From positions 248,001-312,000 of the IMG/VR virus record IMGVR_UViG_3300034072_000926: a stretch of 64,000 bases of DNA, one strand, 5' to 3'. The notes below the pieces were generated by a model. The model had not been told where the DNA came from and made no database searches. It saw only the letters and a program-made list of their open reading frames with translations. Positions within the stretch are counted from its first letter, which is position 1, and each line of letters begins with the position of its first letter. The translations under genes and the position numbers were made by a program. This document shows, one piece after another, positions 37,965 through 47,321 of this stretch.

Positions 37965-37992
37965 AAAAGCCGAGCCGAAAGGTTCGGCTTTT
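37965..37992 (+). terminator. Rho-independent terminator
   Basis: AAAAGCCGAGCC-GAAA-GGTTCGGCTTTT then CTCTT. Confidence 0.85.
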
Positions 37993-37995
37993 CTC

Positions 37996-38023
37996 TTGAC
38001 TAGTCTGTCAATCCTGCTACCAT
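37996..38023 (+). promoter_or_regulatory. Sigma70-type promoter
   Basis: TTGACT-N16-TACCAT (TGCTACCAT). Confidence 0.45.
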
Positions 38024-38029
38024 CCCCCT

Positions 38030-38305
38030 ATGTCTTTTGTTTACAAGCCATATAGAAGGGATTCATCCCTCGACAGTAAGCCTTTCGTTAGGATCGAACT
38101 CCTTGTTGATGTCGTCGAATTTGAGGGTCTTGTAAACTGGCTTCACCAGAGAAATTCTAGAGCCTTCCTCAATGGATGGACTACTGACCAATGGCTAAGA
38201 AGTTTCAATCTCTATATACCAGATAGCGGCGTTATAATCTCTCTTGAGAGAGAATTTGCCAAAACCTTGGTTCTTCGTTTTCCATCAGTGGTCTTGACAA
38301 ATTGA
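38030..38305 (+). CDS. Hypothetical protein
   Basis: 91-aa ORF after promoter. Confidence 0.6.
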   Translation: MSFVYKPYRRDSSLDSKPFVRIELLVDVVEFEGLVNWLHQRNSRAFLNGWTTDQWLRSFNLYIPDSGVIISLEREFAKTLVLRFPSVVLTN

Positions 38306-38327
38306 GCAAAGGTGCTACGACTTTGGT

Positions 38328-38615
38328 ATGGATTATGAAGTCGTCTATACAGATCATGTGATGCATCTCACAGACGAAGAGACTGATCGTTTCTTCGATG
38401 CCTTTGATAAGTCAGATGACGACTTGCCTTTCTATCTCCACAACGCCCGTCACCGCTTCATAAAGCAAGATCTGTATGACTGGCTGGAGAACAATGTTGG
38501 CCAAGCTGGTTATGATTGGACACATATCAAGGGATTGACCCGAGATTGTCGTTCAATCAAGTTCAGACAACAAAGTCACGCAATGCTGTTTAAGCTGACG
38601 TTTGGAGGGAAATAA
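38328..38615 (+). CDS. FKLxW-family protein
   Basis: 'LYDWLENN...KFRQQSHAMLFKLTF'. Confidence 0.75.
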   Translation: MDYEVVYTDHVMHLTDEETDRFFDAFDKSDDDLPFYLHNARHRFIKQDLYDWLENNVGQAGYDWTHIKGLTRDCRSIKFRQQSHAMLFKLTFGGK

Positions 38616-38875
38616 TGGGTAAGACTCACAAGATTGAACGTGCTCGTGCTCTCAATGTCGCTCAGGGACGTCCACACAAGGAAGTGGATTTGATTCCAAC
38701 TGGGATGCCGGAAGGACTTATCGATACTCGCACTGGCATCGCGCACGAACGTCACATTAACAATGGCGGTCAGCGTTATGGCAATCAGCGCAAGATGCGC
38801 GCCAAGATGAAGGTCGACGAAAGGAAAAAGGAGCGCAAAGAAAGAAACCGCGCTCCTTTAGATTTGGACGATTAA
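38615..38875 (+). CDS. Basic hypothetical protein
   Basis: 86 aa, TAATG coupling, GGAGG RBS. Confidence 0.7.
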   Translation: MGKTHKIERARALNVAQGRPHKEVDLIPTGMPEGLIDTRTGIAHERHINNGGQRYGNQRKMRAKMKVDERKKERKERNRAPLDLDD

Positions 38876-39291
38876 AGTTTCTTAATCATGAGTGGACCTG
38901 AGTTGGTTTCCTTCATGATCTGGTATCCTGATCTTTCATACCAAGACGTGAGGTCAAAACCCTCACTCTGTGATTCGTGAACATCTGCTATTAGCAGAAC
39001 AATCTGAGCACCATGACTTGAAGCTTCTGATTCGAAAGATTCTAGGAGGTCATTGCCCATTCCAGTTCCTCGAGAATCTTCTTCGACGTTGATATTGTTG
39101 AGCATTGCAATCGTCTGATATTGGCTGCGAATGTTTTCGACAATTTGGTCATCGTAGATATCATATCGAGCAAGCCAATTTGGAAGCTGTTCTGCCGAAC
39201 TATCTACGGTATATCCTTCAACGCTTCCACCATCAAAGTCGAACTCGATTGAGCTAGGACCTTGAGATTCAAATATCTCATTCCAGCGCAT
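38872..39291 (-). CDS. GNAT-family acetyltransferase
   Basis: 'LNNINVEEDSRGTGMGNDLL' motif A, 'WYERSGY'. Confidence 0.8.
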   Translation of the reverse strand: MRWNEIFESQGPSSIEFDFDGGSVEGYTVDSSAEQLPNWLARYDIYDDQIVENIRSQYQTIAMLNNINVEEDSRGTGMGNDLLESFESEASSHGAQIVLLIADVHESQSEGFDLTSWYERSGYQIMKETNSGPLMIKKL

Positions 39292-40031
39292 TATACAATC
39301 CTAAACAGTGCAACTTCGTGGAGGGCATTCGCGACCAGCAAGTGTTCTCCACGCTGTTCAACTAGCCAGAAGTCACCCAACATCCTCTGAACCCTACGAC
39401 AGTTTGCATTCGCGGTTTCATCGAGACGGGTTGCGGACATCATAGCTGCGTTATTCTCATAAACAACATCGTAGCTACCATGATCAACAAACTCAAGCTC
39501 TACGGATACTCCACGAGCTTCCATAGTAGCAATCTTTCCCTCTACGACAAGATTGTCTAGATCACTTGCACGGAAGAATTCCGTGAGGTCTTCTGCGATC
39601 TCGTCTTCGTGACCTTTATGGTCTTCGAGGGATTCTAGACGAACATCCTGCTGAAGAGTCTCGAGAGTTACTGGCTGAACAACGCCAGTTTCATAGAATG
39701 TGCCTTTCCAGCTTTTAATGCCCGTCAGACCATTCAAACTATCAAGCATTGCCACGACCTTCTTGGGAAGGTCAGCATCCCTGAGAAGTTCTACAAATAC
39801 GAGATAATACCCTTCCTCATTAGGAGCGGGGCTCACATCAGTATCTAGAATTGGAGTAGCGCCCTTCTGGATGAAACGGTTCAAGTCTTGAGCTGGTTCT
39901 CGGTCAATGACGAAGAATGCGATAACAATCGAGTCGTCATCCAACTTGCTGTCATATTCATCAATAGAGATGAGAGGGAAGACTAGTTCTTCCAAGTCGC
40001 CTTCTTTGAGACCTTCAAAGAGATTTTCCAT
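39291..40031 (-). CDS. Conserved jumbo-phage hypothetical protein
   Basis: 'ISIDEYDSK...LDTDVSP..EGYYLVFVE'. Confidence 0.75.
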   Translation of the reverse strand: MENLFEGLKEGDLEELVFPLISIDEYDSKLDDDSIVIAFFVIDREPAQDLNRFIQKGATPILDTDVSPAPNEEGYYLVFVELLRDADLPKKVVAMLDSLNGLTGIKSWKGTFYETGVVQPVTLETLQQDVRLESLEDHKGHEDEIAEDLTEFFRASDLDNLVVEGKIATMEARGVSVELEFVDHGSYDVVYENNAAMMSATRLDETANANCRRVQRMLGDFWLVEQRGEHLLVANALHEVALFRIV

Positions 40032-40582
40032 TATAGACCTCCAGTCTCAGATTCGTCTTCCTCTGCGTCTGGTTCGGCATCACCAGCATCATCAGTGAAA
40101 GCATCAGTCTCATCAACGTCTTCGTCACGAGCGTCCGAGACATTCTCAATGTCAACAGCTTCGTCATCAACGTGCATTTCAAGATCAGAGTCATCAAGTT
40201 CTTCGATAAAGCGACGCGGGATCTGAACATCAACTAGCCAGATCTCTTCCTGCTTCATCTTCGGTTTGTTATTAGGCTGAAGGTCGCTAGGAGTTTCAAT
40301 CTCAACTGCGACTTCTTCCTTGGCCTTACGGAAGACAACCTTTGCGCCATGCTGTAGGAGACGTTCAGCACCGGCGGGATCAGGCATCTGCTTGTAGGCA
40401 TATTTGAGAGTCATCGATACCCAGTAACGACGAATATTTGGACCTTCAACAATCTCACCATCAATCCAGTTCTTGAACACATATAGGTCAAGCGAGTCCA
40501 GAAAGTCTTCCATCTGTATCAAGACGTCCGTAAGGCTGTCTGAGTCACTTAGACGCTTATAAAGATTAGGATTTGCTGGCAT
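40031..40582 (-). CDS. Conserved jumbo-phage hypothetical protein
   Basis: 'LDSLDLYVFKNW..GEIVEGP..MPDP.GAERLL', acidic tail; TAAATA at 40605. Confidence 0.75.
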   Translation of the reverse strand: MPANPNLYKRLSDSDSLTDVLIQMEDFLDSLDLYVFKNWIDGEIVEGPNIRRYWVSMTLKYAYKQMPDPAGAERLLQHGAKVVFRKAKEEVAVEIETPSDLQPNNKPKMKQEEIWLVDVQIPRRFIEELDDSDLEMHVDDEAVDIENVSDARDEDVDETDAFTDDAGDAEPDAEEDESETGGL

Positions 40583-40663
40583 TATTGTCTCCTTAATTCC
40601 GTTCTATTTACCAAAATGCTCAAAAAGGTAAATAGGATATAGAATTCTGATTGGAGCCAAGCT

Positions 40664-41128
40664 ATGCGTCTTTGGGAACTATTCAGCGACCTTAATGAAC
40701 GAAACCTGAAAGATATTGAACGCGATCTAGATTCGCAGGTCTATCAACCAGCAGAAAAGGTTTCGCAAGGTAAGCCTGTCATCGACCTCGATCTACTAAG
40801 CAGTCCACATTTTATTCAGCGAGTAAACCAGCGCGCAGGTAATGCTGGTGTCTCTCCTGAGGAGGTGGAAGATCTCTTCCGTGCAGGTCGTGAAAAGTTT
40901 AAGGTCGAAATTGGCCAGGCTTCCCGCAAAGATAATTTCCAGGACACTGGTTCACACATCGATTTCTATGATCCAAAGACCAAGCTGATGGTTCCTACTA
41001 TCGTTCAGCCAAATCCGAATTGCAAGCCAAATAGCCGTGGTAAGGTTGTATGTCAGACACCTAATGGCACTGAACCAAAGAACAGGCTAGTTGCAAAGAC
41101 AATGTTTCGTAAGGGTGTCGACGATTAA
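40664..41128 (+). CDS. Hypothetical protein with capsid-targeting-like N-terminus
   Basis: MRLWELFS..; 'HFIQRVN', 'LVAKTMFRK'; TAAATA at 40629. Confidence 0.7.
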   Translation: MRLWELFSDLNERNLKDIERDLDSQVYQPAEKVSQGKPVIDLDLLSSPHFIQRVNQRAGNAGVSPEEVEDLFRAGREKFKVEIGQASRKDNFQDTGSHIDFYDPKTKLMVPTIVQPNPNCKPNSRGKVVCQTPNGTEPKNRLVAKTMFRKGVDD

Positions 41129-41775
41129 AAGCTGATCATCTTATTGAGGATAGTTGCTATATCCTCAATAGAGACATCGTCGAACTTGTCCCAGTCGACA
41201 CGCATTACTCGGCCTTCCGAGATTTTCAGAACCTTCAGATTAAACAGACCTAGAACGAGGATCATATCTCGTTCATGAATGCTCGACAGACGAGCATCTT
41301 TTTCTAGCATCTTCGCTAGACCCTTACGAGTCCGGTTCCATCGGATGCGAATACTCTCTCGACATTTCTGCCAGCTTTCGACCATGCGCTTCGAATGTGC
41401 ATCGAACTCTCGAAGCTTCATTTTTTGCTCACGATCATACTGAGCTTTGCGCCGGACGATATTATCCTCTTCGGATTTAATGGCCTGATCAGCTTCTTCA
41501 CTATAGATTCGAACCGCCATGAGATAGCGGCGATAATAATGAAGCAACATACCGGTTTTATCGTTCAGCATCGCGGAACGACCGTTCGTTTCGAGGATAT
41601 CAAGCTTGTAGGGCTCAAGGCCAAGGAGGTCAGCTAGACCTCCTTTCCTCGTATAACCTGCACTGAAAGGCTTGGGCTTCTTCTCTACTAGCTTATCCTC
41701 GATCTTGGAACTGCCGAACTCTAAGCGTCCGGCAATATCCTCGAGGAAGTCATCAGAGAAGAAGGGATCACTCAC
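41125..41775 (-). CDS. Hypothetical protein
   Basis: 216 aa, charged helical. Confidence 0.7.
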   Translation of the reverse strand: MSDPFFSDDFLEDIAGRLEFGSSKIEDKLVEKKPKPFSAGYTRKGGLADLLGLEPYKLDILETNGRSAMLNDKTGMLLHYYRRYLMAVRIYSEEADQAIKSEEDNIVRRKAQYDREQKMKLREFDAHSKRMVESWQKCRESIRIRWNRTRKGLAKMLEKDARLSSIHERDMILVLGLFNLKVLKISEGRVMRVDWDKFDDVSIEDIATILNKMISF

Positions 41776-42269
41776 AGGTTAGTGATCTTGTTGTCTTGCT
41801 TCTGGCCCTGCATCTTGAAATAGACCAGTTTGCTCTTCAGTGCCTTGAACTCTTCTTCCTGATTGTTGACGATCAGGTCGACGAAACGCATGTCGATGCT
41901 ACCCTTGTCCATCATTTCCTGATAGAACTTGATCGAGCTCTCAAAGTCGGGCTTGCTGTGCGTCGAGTTCCAGAAGACGCCCATTTGCAGGTTGTTGTAA
42001 ACGGTCTGACCGATTTCGGTGAGTGCCTTTTTGATCACCCATTTGCCGTCGACCATGACGGGTTCCTGAACTTCGATGAGGGCTTTGTAGATGCCCTGGC
42101 TTGCCAGCTCTGCATCATATATCTCACTGGCAATGTCCTCGGCGGAATCGCCGTCAGTGAGATCTGCGATCTTGTCCATATCGATGGTAAGATTCTTCTT
42201 CCCTTCGGCGACGAGGCTTAGGGTGCTGTGTTCCCGCTCGAGGGGACGGAAGTGAGATGCGTTTGTCAT
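41772..42269 (-). CDS. Hypothetical protein
   Basis: 165 aa, coupled to downstream gene. Confidence 0.7.
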   Translation of the reverse strand: MTNASHFRPLEREHSTLSLVAEGKKNLTIDMDKIADLTDGDSAEDIASEIYDAELASQGIYKALIEVQEPVMVDGKWVIKKALTEIGQTVYNNLQMGVFWNSTHSKPDFESSIKFYQEMMDKGSIDMRFVDLIVNNQEEEFKALKSKLVYFKMQGQKQDNKITNL

Positions 42270-42365
42270 GCCACTCTTTTAGCATATAAGGTGAGCTTGT
42301 CAACTAAAAGAAAACGGCCCGAGGATATTTCCCCGGACCGTCTCAATTTCTATACAGGATTGCTC

Positions 42366-43163
42366 TTAGATTCCTTTGTTGTCGCCATAAATGCCAAGGA
42401 GTTCCTTGACCACTGGGTGACGCTCAACATCCTGACGAGCAAACTTGATCACATCAATATGCTTCGAACCCTGAAAACGATTCAGGAAGTCCGCAAGACC
42501 ATTGTCTGCGCCACGGTCGCTCTGCGCCAAGTCGCCGGTGACTACCATCTGCGAACCTTCACCAATACGGGTAAGGATCGACAGTAGGGAGTTTGGCGTA
42601 GTGCCCTGCGCTTCGTCAACTAGGATATATGCGTTCTTGAAGGTACGACCACGGATGAATGCAATAGGCACCATTTCAATGATGTTCTCTTCCAACATGG
42701 TCTGAATCTCAATCTGAGTGTAATATTCAGCAAACACGTCGAGAACTGGCATCATCCAAGGAGTCATCTTCTTCAAGATGTCACCTGGGAGGTAACCAAT
42801 GTCCTTATCGTCAACTGCTACGTTTGGACGAGTGATAACAATCTTCTCTACAAGACCTGCCTTGAAGCACTTGATCGCGTGTAGGGTTGCAAGAAGAGTC
42901 TTACCGGTTCCTGCTGGGCCAACAGCAAATGTCACATATTTGCTGGAATCTTCTAGGCTTGCTAGGAGATTTTCCTGAGTCAGGTTACGTGGGACAATGT
43001 CCACGCGCTGCTTCTTTGGCTTTTGAGGGAAGTTTAGCTCAATAACATTCGAGGTGCGATCCTGCTGCTGGTAACGTCCGCCACGGGCGCTTGGAGCACC
43101 AATGTTACGGTCTGCACGAGGATTAGCGCGATTTGCGCCCTTAGCACGGGGTTGTTTAGCCAC
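42366..43163 (-). CDS. phoH: PhoH-family ATPase
   Basis: GPAGTGKT, 'ITRP', 'GYLPG', 'RGRTF', 'DEAQ', 'TRIGE..GD..QSD'; GTG 43163 with GGAGG RBS. Confidence 0.95.
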   Translation of the reverse strand: MAKQPRAKGANRANPRADRNIGAPSARGGRYQQQDRTSNVIELNFPQKPKKQRVDIVPRNLTQENLLASLEDSSKYVTFAVGPAGTGKTLLATLHAIKCFKAGLVEKIVITRPNVAVDDKDIGYLPGDILKKMTPWMMPVLDVFAEYYTQIEIQTMLEENIIEMVPIAFIRGRTFKNAYILVDEAQGTTPNSLLSILTRIGEGSQMVVTGDLAQSDRGADNGLADFLNRFQGSKHIDVIKFARQDVERHPVVKELLGIYGDNKGI

Positions 43164-43257
43164 TTTCGACCTCCACAATGAGGGTTGTTATTGCGGGCTG
43201 CTCGAAAGTATTTAATGGTTTAGGTTTCTGAAAAGTGCGTATGTTAAGTCATGGGAA

Positions 43258-43279
43258 TGGGCCACTAAATAGCGGCCCA
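43258..43279 (-). terminator. Terminator-like hairpin
   Basis: TGGGCCGCT-ATTT-AGTGGCCCA on minus strand. Confidence 0.5.
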
Positions 43280-43285
43280 CCCTAC

Positions 43286-43930
43286 TTACATTGCTGCCTG
43301 ATTACCTGGATAGGTCCTAGCAACAGGGAATGGTTCCAAGGCTTCTGGATCATAGATCTTCTCATAGATCTCATGCCAATCATCAACTCTTGTTACACGA
43401 TCATCGCTATATTGCTCATTGTGCTTATAGTTGATCAGGAAACTCTTGTGTCCATGATCAGCACCGGCGCTGGCGTGCTTCATCTTGTCTTCAACCCAGA
43501 AGGTTGGCTTATAGCGAGCCAAATGACCTGCCTTACTGGAAGCCAAGCCTACACAATGAAGTGCATCAAAGACCCCGAATCCAAACACGTCGTTGAGATT
43601 CTGCCAACGACCTTCCCAAGTCTGACGATCTTCAGCACATGCGGTGATCGCTACAAACTTGAAGCCTTCATCATGTAGCTTCAGAACATTCTCGACCACA
43701 CCAGGCAGTGGCTTGAAGTGATTCCAATACTTTGGATCGCCGTTGAAGATGCGAATCATTTCACGCGACTCTTCGAGGGTCGTGCCAAGCCATGCTTCAA
43801 CATGCCAGTAGTCGGTTAGATTACCCAGTGCATCGCGATGTTCTGGATAGGTTTCACGAACCCATGCTTCGAAGGGCGATGCCCAGTCGAAGAGCACTTC
43901 ATCGCAGTCAGTCAGGATTACTTTGGTCAT
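43286..43930 (-). CDS. HAD-family phosphatase/nucleotidase
   Basis: 'ILTDCDEVLFDW', 'AITA', 'WVEDK'. Confidence 0.8.
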   Translation of the reverse strand: MTKVILTDCDEVLFDWASPFEAWVRETYPEHRDALGNLTDYWHVEAWLGTTLEESREMIRIFNGDPKYWNHFKPLPGVVENVLKLHDEGFKFVAITACAEDRQTWEGRWQNLNDVFGFGVFDALHCVGLASSKAGHLARYKPTFWVEDKMKHASAGADHGHKSFLINYKHNEQYSDDRVTRVDDWHEIYEKIYDPEALEPFPVARTYPGNQAAM

Positions 43931-44201
43931 CTAGTTCCTCTGGCTTCTTGGGACCAATCATAAGATTGTAGATGCTGAACTCTTCAGTCCCAGTTTCCCT
44001 AATCCTAACATCTACCCTCAGTTCGAAGGCAGCAATAGACTCAGGCGTATTGTTGTTCTCGTCACAACGAACAGCATATTCCTTTACTGAGATATCCTGA
44101 TTGAGGAACTCGTAGAAAGCATCAACTACTTTGCTACGAGTTGCCTCATCATTCAACTCAAATCGGAACTGGTTCAGAACCCCGTAGAGCTTACTCTCCA
44201 T
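43908..44201 (-). CDS. Stand-alone tail-sheath C-terminal-like domain
   Basis: 'FELNDEATRS..EYAVRCDENNNTPESI..E'. Confidence 0.7.
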   Translation of the reverse strand: MESKLYGVLNQFRFELNDEATRSKVVDAFYEFLNQDISVKEYAVRCDENNNTPESIAAFELRVDVRIRETGTEEFSIYNLMIGPKKPEELDDQSNPD

Positions 44202-44586
44202 CGGTGACCTCAGGAGCAGCTTCCTTCTTCGTGGAGAAGCGGTCGATGAATACCTGAACCTTCTTGAGGTTCATAGGATCCTTCTGAATCCAAGTAGTCA
44301 GCGCAGCCTTGACATCATCGAAGTGACGAGACACAAACATATTGATCAGCTTCTCATGTTCCAGTTCTTGATCCCGGCACATTACAACCTTGTTTTCAAA
44401 CAAGTCGATAATCAGTTCGGCAGCTCGCATCTGCTTGTTCGAGACACGATCAACGATGACCATGTTCTCAATGGGTTCCCACTGAGCAGTTTCGCCAAAT
44501 CCCTTGACCTGGCTCTTCTGACCAGCAGCCAAGACGTAGGTGTAGCTGATGATCATGAATGGACGATTGCGTAGATAGTTAGACAT
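44191..44586 (-). CDS. Hypothetical protein
   Basis: 131 aa, coupled operon. Confidence 0.7.
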   Translation of the reverse strand: MSNYLRNRPFMIISYTYVLAAGQKSQVKGFGETAQWEPIENMVIVDRVSNKQMRAAELIIDLFENKVVMCRDQELEHEKLINMFVSRHFDDVKAALTTWIQKDPMNLKKVQVFIDRFSTKKEAAPEVTDGE

Positions 44587-45085
44587 TCTTTACCTCAAAA
44601 ATTTCGTAGGGGAGTTCAACCCATTCTACGCCTGCTTCCTCGAAGCGCCTCTTGCTCTCCGAGAGGATTGGTGCCCAACGGTCAGCCTTATCAGGCGGAC
44701 AAGTAGGGGCGACTACTCGTGTAATACCGGCCTGGATCATATGGACCGCGCAGCGATCACAAGACAAAAAGGGCCATGTGTAAAGGGTGTTACCACGCAC
44801 ATTATCATGTGCGCTTAACACCGCGTTCATTTCACAATGCACGATGAAGCTGTATTTGACCTCACGATCCTCATAGCGTTCAGGGGTGTCCTCAATACCA
44901 CGAGGGAAGCCATTATAGCCGATGCTCGCTACCGAATTGTCAGGTCGAACAATGACAGCACCAGTCTGAGTGCTAGGATCTTTGGACCAGCTCGCAACTA
45001 GGCGAGCTAGTTCAACATAACGGATATCCCACTTGACCTTGCTATTTTGAGCGTCTAGGACTTTCTGGATATCTACATCAATCAT
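44579..45085 (-). CDS. dCMP deaminase
   Basis: 'SKDPSTQTGAVIV', 'GYNGFP', HCEMN, 'CDRC..IQAGI'. Confidence 0.92.
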   Translation of the reverse strand: MIDVDIQKVLDAQNSKVKWDIRYVELARLVASWSKDPSTQTGAVIVRPDNSVASIGYNGFPRGIEDTPERYEDREVKYSFIVHCEMNAVLSAHDNVRGNTLYTWPFLSCDRCAVHMIQAGITRVVAPTCPPDKADRWAPILSESKRRFEEAGVEWVELPYEIFEVKNV

Positions 45086-46020
45086 AGTTGACTCAGTTCC
45101 ACAAGAGTGGCAGCCAAGTTGATTTCAGCATCGGCCGAGATAGCGTGATTGCGAAGACCAGCAGCGATGATGATAATTGCCTGACTCTGAGTTACTTCAT
45201 CAGCGCCGAAGAGATGCAGGTTCTTATACATGAAGCGGAAGATATCTTCGTAGTCGTTAATGTCAGCCTTGCTGACAATCAGCTTACGAGCTTCAGTGAA
45301 GTGACGAGCCTTAAACAGTTCAACAGCTTCTTCCATATAGTTGAGGCTAGTTGCGCTGGCTTCCTTCAGAGGAGAAAGAACACCACCAGTAGTGTGCTGG
45401 TCAAGCAGGTTGATGCACTTGCGAAGATCAGGATAGGTGTTTGTGACATAGAGCTCAAGGTCATTTATGTCGTAGGTCACATTTTCCATAGTCAGGATCT
45501 CAAGCGCACGACCGAAGAAGCCTTCCATGTCCAGTGCGTCGAAGTGAATACCTTGCATCCTCGAGTGCAATGCGCCCATGATCTTATGAGGCAGGTTGCA
45601 GGTAATGATGAAGCGAACGCTATCGGCGAACTTCTCCATTTCGTTACGGAGGATTGCCTGTGCGTTCTGAGACAGGTAGTCGCCTTCGTCGATTAGAACG
45701 ACCTTGTAGTCGCCATTCGGGAAGGTAGAACAGAAGCCGAGAACCTTATCCTTCAGAATATCAACGCCGTTTTCACGCGAACCGTTGAGCTCAAGGATGT
45801 CATACTTGTTCACGCCAAGCTCGTTGAGCATCAACTTCGCAAGCGTGGTCTTGCCCACCCCTGGCGATCCGCTGAGGAGCAAGTGAGGGAAAGGAATGAT
45901 TTTACCCTCAGGGTTCTTAACCCAGTTTTCAATTTGTGCGCGGATGTGATCATTCTTGAACACATATCCGTCCAGCGTATTAGGGCGATACCGCTCAACC
46001 CAAAGATCTGGTGTGGCCAT
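45082..46020 (-). CDS. Clamp loader AAA+ subunit (RFC small/gp44-like)
   Basis: 'WVERYRP', GSPGVGKT, 'LIDEGD', SRC-like 'LHSRM', 'PDLRKCIN'. Confidence 0.92.
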   Translation of the reverse strand: MATPDLWVERYRPNTLDGYVFKNDHIRAQIENWVKNPEGKIIPFPHLLLSGSPGVGKTTLAKLMLNELGVNKYDILELNGSRENGVDILKDKVLGFCSTFPNGDYKVVLIDEGDYLSQNAQAILRNEMEKFADSVRFIITCNLPHKIMGALHSRMQGIHFDALDMEGFFGRALEILTMENVTYDINDLELYVTNTYPDLRKCINLLDQHTTGGVLSPLKEASATSLNYMEEAVELFKARHFTEARKLIVSKADINDYEDIFRFMYKNLHLFGADEVTQSQAIIIIAAGLRNHAISADAEINLAATLVELSQL

Positions 46021-46100
46021 GTTTGGCTTCTCCTTAATTTGTATCGCTACAATAGGTGAAAACAGGCCAAAACGTCAATTTATCTTTGAGCTAAATGGAA

Positions 46101-46134
46101 GCCCGCACAAGCCCTCATGGGAGCCTATGCGGGC
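46101..46134 (-). terminator. Terminator hairpin
   Basis: 14-bp stem with three G-U pairs on minus strand, followed by TTCCATTT. Confidence 0.65.
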
Positions 46135-46190
46135 GCATTAGTGTTTGATTAAACTGGGCTTTTATAGACAGCCGCAGGGTATCTCAGATG

Positions 46191-46466
46191 TTATTCGCCA
46201 CCCCAGGATAGTTTGAACAACATTGCATCTTTCTTATTCTTAAAATAGAAAGCTAGACCGCCATAGCCTGCCCACTGACCGGCTGCGAAACGACCGTGGA
46301 TCATTTCGCCCTCGCACCATTCAATGGCCTCATTCACGCGAACGCGATAAGCCTTGGTATCAGTATATCCATACTGATCTTCATTGAAGTCAGAGGCCTT
46401 CAAAGGCATAAAGATACTATGCCACCGATTAACCATCAACGGATTGAATTCTCTCTTGATTCCCAT
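46191..46466 (-). CDS. FKLxW-family protein
   Basis: 'AIEWCE...YFKNKKDAMLFKLSW'. Confidence 0.75.
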   Translation of the reverse strand: MGIKREFNPLMVNRWHSIFMPLKASDFNEDQYGYTDTKAYRVRVNEAIEWCEGEMIHGRFAAGQWAGYGGLAFYFKNKKDAMLFKLSWGGE

Positions 46467-46776
46467 CTGACCAACGAAGCCTGTAAGCTTCTTCTCCCTG
46501 TTCAGTCTTAAATTCCAATTGCAAGCGATACGCTCTTGGATGGTCTTCTGTCAAGTTATCCAGATAAGTGTAGGAAACTCGAAAGGCTATCTTTGATTCC
46601 TTTAACCAAGTCATACGCTCATTCACTAATGTGTGGAACCTTTCATCCTCCCAGATGAAATTATGAAGGTCATGCCAACTACAAGGTGTGAACACTTGAT
46701 AGACAGCGCATGGATAGAGATATCTAGTGATCAACCCGCGTTCTCGGGTATCAACCTCTATTGCATCGATTTTCAT
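46429..46776 (-). CDS. Divergent FKLxW-family protein
   Basis: 'EFKTEQGEEAYRLRW'. Confidence 0.6.
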   Translation of the reverse strand: MKIDAIEVDTRERGLITRYLYPCAVYQVFTPCSWHDLHNFIWEDERFHTLVNERMTWLKESKIAFRVSYTYLDNLTEDHPRAYRLQLEFKTEQGEEAYRLRWSDGNQERIQSVDG

Positions 46777-46780
46777 TGGA

Positions 46781-47002
46781 TTATCCGTGGCTCAACTTAA
46801 ACAGGAGCGCATCAATCCTATTATGGAATGAGACAGTTAGGGTGCTGCAATCATCACAGTCTAGTCCGCGATGATACCATTCATAGGATTTGATCTTAGG
46901 TCTATTGAATGCAACAAAGTCATTCAGAGACTCAAAGTGGTTGTGATCACGAACAATCACAACCACTTCGGGTGGATTAGAGTGGGCATTCATCCTGAAC
47001 AC
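46781..47002 (-). CDS. FKLxW-family protein
   Basis: 'SFHNRIDALLFKLSH'. Confidence 0.65.
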   Translation of the reverse strand: MFRMNAHSNPPEVVVIVRDHNHFESLNDFVAFNRPKIKSYEWYHRGLDCDDCSTLTVSFHNRIDALLFKLSHG

Positions 47003-47321
47003 CCAAAATACCCTTGACGTCTACGCGCTGAACGTAGAATACATCTTCGTCGCTGCCTTCTGGAATAGCAGTCTCGATGCCATAGGTCCAGCGACCATGT
47101 TCAACGAGAATCCACTGACCTTGTTCGAGATCAGTATTCTCAGAACCGACCTTCCAGACTTGACACCAACGAGGACGGATGCCTCGATCCTTGCCGTTAT
47201 CGTCAAGGATGATGACTCCGCCTTTGGAAACCTTGTCGCCTTGTTCCATATTGATCACAAGAACGTGATCCTTGATGGGACGAAGATCTCCACTGATCTT
47301 GTTATAAACTGTGCTTGGCAT
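46977..47321 (-). CDS. groES: GroES-like co-chaperonin
   Basis: 'LRPIKDHVLV...KVSKGGVII..V..VG'. Confidence 0.8.
   Translation of the reverse strand: MPSTVYNKISGDLRPIKDHVLVINMEQGDKVSKGGVIILDDNGKDRGIRPRWCQVWKVGSENTDLEQGQWILVEHGRWTYGIETAIPEGSDEDVFYVQRVDVKGILGVQDECPL

Noticed and set aside
46091-46141. Possible ncRNA before the clamp loader
   Set aside because: Explained as a 14-bp terminator followed by a TTGACG promoter candidate.
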